Below, piece after piece: positions 50,421 through 60,921 of a DNA stretch of 64,000 nucleotides. Numbering within the stretch: the first letter of the stretch is position 1; each line of letters begins with the position of its first letter. Origin of the DNA: Porphyridium purpureum (lineage: Eukaryota). The translations under genes and the position numbers were made by a program. The notes beneath the pieces were generated by a model. That model was not told the origin of the DNA. It ran no database searches and saw only the letters and a program-made list of their open reading frames with translations. The stretch spans positions 1,302,001 through 1,366,000 of the forward strand of contig VRMN01000004.1 in the NCBI GenBank assembly GCA_008690995.1, read 5' to 3'.

Positions 50421-52156
50421 TACGTTAGCTGTGACGAATACACGCCCTCACCGACACGGCGGTGAGAGGTTGCGACGCTGGACGCGACTAGAAGCCGAGC
50501 CGTGAAGCTCTTCGGCCTAACGCGAAAGGTCACGAATCTTAAGTGCACGTGCTTTAAATGTAAAAGAGCAGAAGGGCACGATCCTTTCTTTTCCAGACGT
50601 GCCAATGCTCAGAGAAATTGACGCACATTCTGGTGCGTAAGGAGGCAGAGGTACTTGACGCTCGGATTTGTGGGAGCGCTGTGGAAAAGCAAAAGAGCGC
50701 AAGCATAGGAAGATCGAAATCACTATGTGAATGAAGCCGCGCTCACCGAACTCGCCAACGTTCAAAGTTGGACACAAATATCAGTAATGATGAGTTTGAA
50801 GGAATCTTACAGACCACGTCGACTGTATGTCTGTATCGCACTCATTCCTAGCATTCTGGAAAGTCCATGGTGCGCATGAAAGTCCATGGTGCGTATGAAG
50901 GCGTGCAAAGCTTGATACTTCTGTTATATCGGACCAATAAACCGCTTGCTACCCGGTCGCTGTTCCATTAGATACAGCGAAAACCCTCAATATAAGTGTG
51001 GGATTGTAGTGATCTTTAGGGTCCCACTTCAGTACAAGCGTCGTCGTTTCTCGACGGCGCTCTTAATTTGAAAAAAAGAGAGACAAGAGTGAGTGAAGTG
51101 GGCTTTCGTTTTGTCCCTGTGTGTGTTGCCGGCGTGGTCCTCGGTGTGTCCCGAGTAGACCGTGGCACTTCAAGCAAACGAAGAATTTGAGGAGTCCCAG
51201 GATGACATGGACGGAGCAAGCTTTGCGTCTTCCGAGCTTTTTTCCAAACTTTAGAATAGTCTCCGAGAGGAGGAAACCAAAACAGCAAACGCTGCTTATT
51301 TAATTGAGACAGGGCTTTTTTTTTACGGCAAAGGAAATTTGCTCGGATCTCTTTCTTCTCCCTTATTTGCTCAATAATTTCAGCTGCGACCGAAACGGAA
51401 AGGGCTTGACTAATGCATATTGTCCGCCCGAACCACGGTACTTTCCGTCGCCACTTTTTGCGGCTGCGAGAAGGCCCGGTGCTCATTCTTTGACCGGCAG
51501 GATTGATGTGAGTGACTCCTTGGACGAGCGGGCGAAAGCCGAAAACGAGCTAAATTCCGGAAAGGGGCACAATGTCGACTGTGGAATGCATTGGGATCGA
51601 TGAGGGAGGTGAGTGCGGACAGGCACGAAATCCCAACTGCGAATTTCGAAGAGCGGAATCGAAAGCACAGCTTAGTACTTGACAGACTTCTTCGAACGTG
51701 GCGAGAACATAAAGGCAAAGCGGCTGCGGGAGTCGTAGAGGTCGCAATGTCGCGCATTCAGTAGAATAAAGAGGTAAGGCGAACAAACGCACTGCTTTTC
51801 GTCGAAACCCATGCTCTCATTTTTAGCAACGTGGGCAGCGCATCAAAGCCAGCGGGCACGATCCAGCTGCCTCATCAATAGGGCAAGTGGAACCAGCAAA
51901 TTTTACATTTGAGGGACAATTCTCCTTTTTCATATTCCCGATCAAATAATCCAATTTAGTATAAAGAGTGTTATCAGCTGTGTATCTGAGTGTTTTTTAC
52001 TGTCGGTCTCTTCTTCCTACCTCTTCTGTCTCCGAGCAAGACCTGACCGGCTAGTCCGGGCAGGCGCGTCGCCTTTTTATATCCTTACTTCCGGTAGGGA
52101 CAGCAAGGCGCCAAGAGAAATGACAATCCAAACCATTGGCATTTCTGCGCGCGTCT

Positions 52157-52190
52157 AGAAGGTTCTGGAACCTCTAGAAGCTTCTAGAAA
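52157..52190. promoter_or_regulatory. Tandem heat-shock-element-like arrays
   Basis: aGAAggTTCtgGAAc (52157-52171) and aGAAgcTTCtaGAAa (52176-52190), each three alternating nGAAn pentamers. Confidence 0.45.
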
Positions 52191-52599
52191 CGGTTAAACG
52201 GTCTACCGGTTTAACGGCTTACCGGTTTTGGAGTAACCGAACCGTTCTAGGTGACTGGGGTCGAACGGATAACAAAGAGGATTGCGGTCAAGTAAAAAGG
52301 AGATATGGCGGGAGTTCCCAGCGGAAGGCAGCATAACACATATCTGGTCATTACTCAGCCCCACAGAGGCGGAATCGATCACAGTTTTCGTACACATATT
52401 GACCTCACATATTCGCATGTTCGAAGCAGCGTCTTATAATGATTGCCGCACAGTAGGGCGTCCTACTCCTCACGCCGCTCCCTTCTCCACCAGTCCAGCC
52501 AAAAAAGCCTATCGCCCAATCCCACTGGCTGCCGGCGACTGCGCACTCCTGAAAAATGGTTGTATCACCTGTTATTTGAACGTAGAAACTTCAATTTCA

Positions 52600-53450
52600 T
52601 AATACAAATGAGCGATTCTACAAGTTGTTCCTAAAACTTGCAAAAGCATATTTTCCGTCTCCCATTCCATGAAAGGAGCGCATTTTGCAGGTTTCCGCAC
52701 GGCCATCATAGAAAGCATAACATATGCAAGCATGTCGACGTCTCCAATTCACTCGGGTATACAACAGCGATAAAGCCTAGAAGCCATACGAAGCAGAGGC
52801 ACGCTTGTGCGACTTGTCGATTTCGAAAAAGGGTAGATCAACGATCTGCACCGGGTAGGACCGGCGCCGCGCCCCAGTGCAGCAAGCCTGTGTCCGCGCC
52901 CAGACAAAGCTAAACCATCATATAAGACTGAAGATGAATTTCCGAAGAATAGAGGCTGGAACATGCTTTTGAAAATGCTCGGGCCTGGGCCAAACATCGC
53001 GCCGAATTTGGACGCTACGTGCTTGATTTCACCAATGTTTTGAGGTTTAAACCTGCTCAGGCAGTTACGGAGCACAATACCGTGCGCAGAGTGCTTGGAA
53101 TGTTCCTGGGTCCGGCAAGATCCACCAGGTCTCTGTATCGTGACGCGAAGGTGAAAGCGATGCATTTTGGGAAAGAACCAAGTCAGACGGGCCACACGGG
53201 TACAACGATACTTACTAGCACACGCGGGGCGCTCGGCCCGCGCCCACCGTCCGTCGCCACGGCGGCGCAGGACCGATAGTGTTTTGTAGCGTCATGTCGC
53301 ATCACGAAGCGAAGGCCCTGCATCGCGTCCAAGGTCACTGACTGCCGAGTGATAGTACCAGGTCTGGCTGGACGTCCTGAAGCTTTCGGCCTCTGAGCTG
53401 CCTTGGTGTCTCGACCAGCCAGCCTCTCCATGCATATCTCAGCAACACAA
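52600..53450 (-). pseudogene. Possible decayed CACTA/EnSpm-like transposase fragment
   Basis: Across broken frames, AVATDG...VWPV then RFKPQNI...GPGPSIFKSMFQPL...LYDG, resembling the CACTA TDG..WPV..GP..QPL motif order. Confidence 0.3.
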
Positions 53451-53543
53451 ATCACCTCGACATGCAGCGCTGAGCACGCGCAAGCTTTTCGATACAGTCG
53501 GAATTGCGCTACTTGACTGGCCGGCGCAGTCCCCGGCTAAAAT

Positions 53544-55993
53544 TCAATTGAAAACGTTTGCGCCATTGCGTCTTGCCGTTTGCACCGGCTTGGACGCCAG
53601 TTTATGTATGTCCATGATATATTTACGGTTGGGTATGGCTACTGGCGAAATGAAGTGCCGAAGTACGTTAAGAATCTTATCGAAAGCATGCCCCGTCGCT
53701 AGCAGGCCTGCATCGACGGCTGCGGTCGTCAAATGAATTACAAATTCCTTTGCTATAGCCAAAGTTCATCTCATGAACATGTTAGCCCCCATCATGCTCT
53801 TTCAGTACATTTCCCTGCATCATCCGTACTCAGACCTGCTATCTCCTTTCGTAATAAATGTCCGTGCGTCCCAATCTCTTTATCATCCCGCGGATTCATA
53901 CTGTGAGATAAAGAGAGACAATATTCGCGTCAAAATTGTGACTTGCGTACAAGAAGTCTTACATTCTTTACCTGGTACAAAAGCTGAGCCAGAGCTGCGC
54001 ACGAGTGTACAATTCTAAAGTAAAAGCGCACAAGTAGCTGAGCTAAGACAAATACTTGTACATTGCAACATCATTTTGAATAGCATCAAAACAATGTCAA
54101 CGCTGATTACGAAACTCTATTGCTTAAAAAAATCAGATAGACGTACAGTCTGACGCACTTCGCTCGGATCATGGTGGTGCAAAATCTGGTCGGCATGTAC
54201 AGAAATGTTTTCAGAGCAAGGCGCTTCCTCGGACTTCAATGGTTTTTCAAACTCAACAAAATCATAGAACAACAGCGGCGGAATATGAAATCCTCAGAGG
54301 CGCTTCGCCGTCTACGTGTATGTCATCATATTGGACCTCACGAAAAGGCAAGCGACATTTCGACCTCATTATGGAAACGAAACTGGAGTGGTGGTGGAAT
54401 TGCAACTTCGAGACGCGCGTCAACAACCAAACGTGATCGCATTGCTCTGAGAATTTTCAGCTCCAAAGCATTAGCTGATGCTGAAACAAAGTTCCTTCCT
54501 AATCTCGAAAAGAAAATTAGGGATGGATACTTTATAAAATATGAAAAAGTTCATTCCAGCCATGCGCTTTCCTCATATTCTGGGATAGAACTTTGGTCTA
54601 AGACTGTTCAGTTTGTCAAATCCAAAATTAAACCTAAACCTGGTTGAGAAAGACATGGACAAAGATCATCAGGTAATATGTCAACCATACCATCGAAAAA
54701 CTTCGACCGACGAGGTTATCTGTTGACATTCATTTAGTTTCTTGAGACACTCAAAATAGTATCAATCTGACTCTGAATCTTAAACATTTGGGAATCAAGT
54801 ATATGAGAAAAACAAAATATAATGAAAATGACAATGATGATGGCGGCAGCGATTCGGAAAAGATTGAATATTTGCGTGGTCAGAAATTTCTCATAATGCC
54901 TGGAAATGCAAACACAAGTACCGCAAAAAGTTTTGAACCACATTCTCTGAAGAATATCTTGATAAGAATTACGTAAGAAACCGAAATCCTTTTGAATAAG
55001 GAAACAGAGTTATTGATCAATAGTGAAACACCGAATATAGTTCAAAATCCAAAGAGAAAAATAGAATTCTGTCCAACTACGCTATCAGAGTCAAGATTAC
55101 TTTCAAAGGCACCATCGATTGGCGCCAGAGCTGACTGATTATTGAAAGATTTGGTCAAATGTGTGGACTCATGTTCAAGAATATTTTCAGTGTACCAATT
55201 GTCACGAGACGATTCAAAAGAAACAATTGATTCGTGCTGAAGACGGTTCCATTCTTCTTTGTGTGCTGCGACGCGGGTACTTTTACTTGGCATCTTGTAC
55301 AAGAGAAATTTCACACAGTTGTCTCAGGCATTTGATTTCGAAGAAGAATAAGGTCTGCACGAAACAAAGAGTAATTTTCTTCGTATGCCAGACTGGAGTG
55401 TCTGGAATGAGTTTTCATCTGCTTTAATAAATGAAGCAAGAAAATTTAGAATGCAAGCGGATATATGTCCTTTTGTAAATGGTGGAGAAGAGCAATATGT
55501 CGCAACTTCTACCAAAGACCTTACGTCAGACGAAGACAATTTTCTGCGACTAGGGCTGATGAATGTTTCTTCAAAAGTTCCAATCCGTTGTGCAGGGAGA
55601 CTTCAAAGCAAGATTATGCAAGAATTAGAAGAAATATGATCAATTTATCAATATCTGCAATAGATTCAATGTCAACACACTAAGAACAGTCTTACAGGTT
55701 CTATAGGAATGTATTCGCTCAATTCATGATGTATATTTCGACAAAAAGAATTGCCCCTGAATCAAGGATCTGCAGGAAGCCCTTGTGTTGCATCGCATAT
55801 TTTTCATTTGCGGGAGCCTTCATTTGCTGGGGTAAGTGAACTCAGCTTGAAATTTTATTTTTCCTGTAGATTACTTCAAAATGAACAATTTGCAATAATA
55901 AAACTCGTTGGCACGGCCTGAAGGAGTGTCATCGTATCTAAAATGAACTCCAGATTTAAGCGTATTGATTATTCAATGTACAAGGATAGATTC
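53544..55993 (-). pseudogene. Ancient degenerate Ty1/Copia pol relic (IN-RT-RNaseH)
   Basis: Fragments in the correct order across stops and frameshifts: TQGLPADP (cf. VQGIPADL), ESSRD, NLVGRSFS, AITFGC*RASRSCN (cf. AIYGLKQASRAWN), ACLF, IHVDG, LWLSFCTR, KLASKPVQTARRNGANV (cf. KLSENPIVHERSKHIDV). Confidence 0.6.
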
Positions 55994-56300
55994 TATTAAA
56001 AGGTCTGATGTATCGGGGAGTCTTTGTGACTTGTCACTAACGCAGTTGCGTGTCCCCTTCGTCGCCCTTGCAACTAACCTTACCTTCGTCATCCGGGGAC
56101 TCCGAGCCTCGGCCATCGCTAAGCTCTTCATATAGGCAATCGTAGTGCTTTCACTAGTGAGATTGCCAACTGTACCTCCAGGGCAAAAACCCTTATTTAC
56201 TATAAGTTGGAGAAATACAGAAAGTTGGAGCTGAAACATTCCCCATGGTATTACTACTTTACCTGGGGAGGGAATCTACCGAAACCCTGGATTCATAACA
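55994..56300 (-). mobile_element. Solo LTR (307 bp) of the young Copia family
   Basis: Reverse complement of the 57702-58026 LTR minus one 18-bp repeat unit; no PBS or PPT adjacent. Confidence 0.92.
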
Positions 56301-57701
56301 ATAATGCTATAGATACTATGGGGATCTTTCGTTCAAACTGTTACGTTTGTTTGCAGTTTGGACTTCCGTGAGATTGCTCCTCAATCCGAAATAATAGAAA
56401 ATCCAGTCGTTGATCTTCTGGATCTTTCTCCAGCACAGTCTGCATCTGCATAAACTTGACTACTTTTCGTAGACATAGTAGGATAAGTCAGATCGCAATC
56501 TAGAGTTCCCTTTGGATACCGTGTACCCCTTTCGCAACTTGCACGTGTCATTCGATTACCAGGACGTCTATGACAAGGAGTCCCACCAAACAGGGGAATA
56601 TTTTGTCAAGTGCAAAAATTTATGTACATGAAAGCATCCAAGGTATCGATGCATGGAGAACAAAAAAATGAATAAATAAATTGGTAGGCCTGGACTCCAG
56701 TGCGGCATATTCCAACGCTAGGTGTATTTTACGGATTTCATGCCTCCATTCTAAATGTTCCAAAATAATCTATTTACTACATTTGAGAATGAATCAGTAC
56801 TCAATTCATTCGGTGGCATTTGAATCATATCCGGTAAATCCTAGCTTCGAGCCTTCTCCAAAAGTATGAATTTTATATTTTTTCACAAGATAACAGCTGA
56901 GTGCTGTTTCACAAATTTCGTGAGTATTTACTGACAGGCAATTGAGACATCAAGATTGAAGCCCTACACGTTAACTTCTTAAAGACCTATGGAACTGTTT
57001 CGAGGGCAGAGAGTACCGCGCTTCATACAGAACCTTGCACAAAATTTCAATCCAGGCACGCGAGACTTGCATACATTTTCAACTTGTCTTTCCCAATTTC
57101 AGGTTTTACTTTCTCAGGCACTAATTCTGTCACACTGTTGCATGATAACATCCTTTTGCAGAATATCATTTCGGAATACTATGGTGTCGCCGACCGAAAA
57201 TGCATGCTTTTCTTTTGTAGCATGATCAACTAAATTTGTTCATCCCTCTTTGGCGTGTTGCCGCACTGATCGATGAATTCTCGCGATGGCATGCTGCAGC
57301 ATTGATTATATCATCGAGTGGCATCCCCAGCCTCTGTGAAAATTCGTTCTTGCCCAGCTTGCCTTTATACCAATCCATGATTGCCGCAGCATGAAAGTTC
57401 GCTTTGGTGCCTCGCTTGGATTCGGCAAAACTTAAATGATCCAAAGATTTAAAGATCTTTTGACAATGTATACTCTCTTTATCAGTGTCTTAAGGTCTTT
57501 ACCAAATAAATTTCTGCATTGAGTTGCACATCTCTTAGGAAGAATTTTTTTGTGGGAATCTGATTTAATGATCTCATGTGTAGCAATAGTAGTAGTTGTA
57601 TTACCCAGCCAGTCGGCTTCACAAGACGGTAAAGACTTAGAATCGTAATCTATGTGGCCACTAGGTTTTTTTAACTTTCATCGAATCTTGGACGCCGAAA
57701 T
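56301..57701 (-). pseudogene. Second degenerate Ty1/Copia RT-RNaseH relic
   Basis: DWYKGKLGKNEFSQRLG (cf. DRFKCRLVAKGFTQKPG), QVSRAW, AFMYINFCT*, RYPKGTLD...VYADADCAGERSRRSTTGF...AISRKSKLQ. Confidence 0.8.
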
Positions 57702-58026
57702 TGTTATGAATCCAGGGTTTCGGTAGATTCCCTCCCCAGGTAAAGTAGTAATACCATGGGGAATGTTTCAGCTCCAACTTTCTGTATTTCTCCAACTTTC
57801 TGTATTTCTCCAACTTATAGTAAATAAGGGTTTTTGCCCTGGAGGTACAGTTGGCAATCTCACTAGTGAAAGCACTACGATTGCCTATATGAAGAGCTTA
57901 GCGATGGCCGAGGCTCGGAGTCCCCGGATGACGAAGGTAAGGTTAGTTGCAAGGGCGACGAAGGGGACACGCAACTGCGTTAGTGACAAGTCACAAAGAC
58001 TCCCCGATACATCAGACCTTTTAATA
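57702..58026 (+). repeat. 5' LTR (325 bp, TGTTA...TAATA)
   Basis: Matches the copies at 60922-61246 and 55994-56300 in reverse orientation. Confidence 0.93.
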
Positions 58027-58037
58027 GGTTATGAGCC
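58027..58037 (+). promoter_or_regulatory. Primer-binding site GGTTATGAGCC (internal/half tRNA-iMet type)
   Basis: Immediately follows the LTR; same type as the copia/Ty5 PBS. Confidence 0.8.
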
Positions 58038-60921
58038 TAGACGCGATGGCGTTTACGTTTGATGCGTCGAAGCTGTCCGCGCTTGCGAACGGCGTGGAAA
58101 AGTTCAATGGCGAGAATTACGACATTTGGGCACGCCGCACGAAGCTCGCGTTGCGTGTGGTGAAGCTGTGGCCCGTCGTTGCGGGGATGGTCGTTCGCCC
58201 ATCGTCGTCGTCGCGTGCAACTACCGGGATGACGGCAGAAGAGTGGGACGATGCGGACCTGGCGGGACAGTTCTTTCTGTCCGGGGTCTTGGAGAACAGG
58301 TACGACCGTCTCGTCCGCGATAAGTCGTCGGCGGACGGTTGGTCCGCGGTGGCGAATTATGCGCACGATCAACTGTCGGCGCAGAAGTTCGCGTTTCGCA
58401 TGGCGCTGGAGCGCATTGTCCAGAACAAGAACGAGGCAATGGCCGAGTACTTGGATCGCGGAATCGGTCTGTGGGACAAGCTTGTCTCGATCGGTGAGCA
58501 AGTTCCCGAGGACCATGTCGTGCGTTATCTGGTGATCGGGCTCCGCAAAGAGTTTCAGGGGTCGAAGGACTACCTGCTGCATTCGGCGCCCACGGTCTCC
58601 GCAGCTCGGCTGCAACTGCTCCAGCTGGAGGCCGGAAAAGCGCTCGAGCGCACGTTGGCAGATGAGCCCCCGCCCATCGCAATGGCGGTGTCCCAGCGTC
58701 CGCAGCAACAGCAGCGTGATCGCTCAGCGGGTGTCGTGAAGACGGCACTCGTCAAGGAGAACCTGAAGTGTGGCTACTGCCACAAGGTTGGGCACGAGAC
58801 GAAGCGTTGCTTTAAGCGCAAGAATGACTTGCGCGACAAGGCTGCTGGTGCGAGTGGCGCAGCAGACCCGGAGGCAGTGAAACGCGGCATCGGAAAGCCG
58901 AATGCGCGGGTGAATGTGGTTCAGGTAAAAACCAAGGTGACGAAACCACCGGCTCCGGCGGCAAAGGCAGCCATTGAGCCAGGTTGGATGTCGTGGGAGG
59001 CCTACGCGAATAGCGTTGCGGGAAGGGGCGTGGTGCCAAAAGGCCCTTCTCTGGATATCCGCATGATTAGCCCCCCAGCGACCCCTGCACCAATCAATAA
59101 AGCCACCACTTCCATCTATGCCATCTGTGTCTCTGTTGTGCCCCACAAGCACAAGTCGCACAAATGGATGTTCGATTCTGGATCGGACAGACATATCACT
59201 TGGGATAGGTCTATTCTAATGAATGAAAGACCTTCTGATGAATCACTTGTTACTGTTGCCAACGGGGAACATGTTGAAGTTTCATTGATGGGTGATGTCA
59301 TGCTCAAAACAATTATTCAAGACAAGTTTAATGACTTGCGTCTTGAAAATGTTTTGTTGATCGAAAGCACACCCATAAATCTCCTTTCGACAAAGGTCGC
59401 AGCGAGAAAGGGCTGTGTCTTCAAACACGATGATAGTTCATCTGTTTTGCATTTTGGGTCAGATGGGCCCGTCCTAGCGGTTGGGGATGGTGATTTAATG
59501 ATCAAACTATCCGCCGCTAGAATAAATGCAATCACAGCTTCAAATAAGTTTGAGCTATTTCACCGTCGACTTGGTCATCCTGGACTTGCTGGTCTGAAAA
59601 ATACGCAAAATTGTGTACAGGGAATTCCCGCGGACTTAAAAGTTCCGGATGAATACCATTGTGTGATTTGCCAAAAGGCAAAGGGAACACGAACTCCCTT
59701 TAAGAAGCGGAAATTGAATTCCATTTCGGCGGTTCCGGGAGAAGTCCTTCATACTGATGTATGCGGACCACTCACTCCTTCGAGTTTTGACGACCATCGA
59801 TATTTTCTAGTTGTCGTCGACGAATGCTCAAGTTTGAGTGTCGTCCACTTGCTCGAGCGAAAAAGTGAAGCGGGTGAAATGTTACTGCGCACACTTAAAT
59901 ATCTCGAAACGACTCTTGGTGCAAAGGCAAAAAGAGTTCGGTCCGACAAAGGTGGCGAATTCGCAAGCCTTTATGTGCAAAGGCATCTCCAAGACTCTGG
60001 AATTACTTGGGAAAATACCTCTGCTTACACGCCAGAACTTAATGGTATGGCTGAACGCATGAATCGGACATTACTCGAAAAGGTTCGAAGCTTATTGTTT
60101 GATAGTAATCTACCTTTGGAAAATTGGAGTAATGCTTTGTTGACTGCGAATTATTTGCGAAATCGCATTTCAAATAATCGCGGGAAAACGCCGATAGAAA
60201 TTGCATTCAGGCAAAGGCCAGATCTCAGCAATCTCAGAATCTACGGATCGAGAGCGTTTGTTCATATTCCTAAGCAATTGCGAGGAAAACTAGAAACAAG
60301 ATCTGCAATTGGATGCTTGGTCGGTTATGGAAATGTCCATTCCGTTTATCGCATTCTTCTATCGGATGGCACGGTCGTTGAAAGTCGAAATGTCACTTTC
60401 GATGAGTCTGTCGTTGGAATAGATGTTCATGAACATGAAATCCACGATTCGGAATATTTTTCCAACTTCGATAAAATTGTCGAAGAGTTGTTTCCAAAAG
60501 ATTTCTCGAAGTCGTTTGATGAAAAGTCTCAAATCGCGTCAAAAAATTTTGAAACAGATTCCACTCGACAAATGGATGATCGCAGTCAGGAATATTCTAT
60601 TTCAAATGAAATCGGAGAAACGTTTCTGGAAAAAGTTCAGAATAATTCGAAAGATTTAGGGTTCCAAAAGGCTCCAAATGGAAACTTTGGGAATACTGAG
60701 GATGACGAAAGTCAAGACAGTGGATATGTCGCAAATCAATTCGTTGGAATAATTTCCACCGTTTCTGAACCTCGGTCAGTCGAAGAAGCACTAAAGGGTG
60801 ACTTCTCTGAGCAATGGCTGGAAGCTCTGAATAGAGAATTGGAATCTCTCACTGGCAAATGCACGTGGGAGCTCGTCGATCGTCCACAGGACCGAATTCC
60901 TGTCAGATGCAAATGGGTTTT
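58031..60921 (+). CDS. Copia gag-pol, truncated (frame runs on into the inverted LTR to 61063)
   Basis: FNGENYDIW, CGYCHKVGHETKRC knuckle, FDSGS protease, HRRLGH/CVIC, LHTDVCGP, RSDKGGEF and NGMAERMNRTL. Confidence 0.9.

Larger units (their letters stand above)
57702..60921 (+). mobile_element. Ty1/Copia retrotransposon, 5' half (LTR-PBS-gag-PR-IN), interrupted at the RT start
   Basis: 325-bp LTR, PBS and intact ORF up to KCKWVF-like RT motif 1, then an abrupt junction to an inverted LTR. Confidence 0.93.

Noticed and set aside
50859..50899. 19-bp tandem duplication (gaaagtccatggtgcgYat x2)
   Set aside because: Only two copies in TE debris, with no supporting context.
53544..53762. Stand-alone small gene or CACTA N-terminus
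   Set aside because: It aligns better to decayed Copia RNase H.
57600..57701. Two Copia insertions at the same homologous RT position (site-specific targeting)
   Set aside because: The relic's RLVAKG equivalent is near 57365, so the 57702 insertion lies in the IN-RT linker and not at the homologous site.
57763..58062. Repeated MFQLQLSVFLQL ORFs (also 55973-56239 and 60736-61185) as a gene family
   Set aside because: They are translations of the same LTR sequence with different run-on ends.
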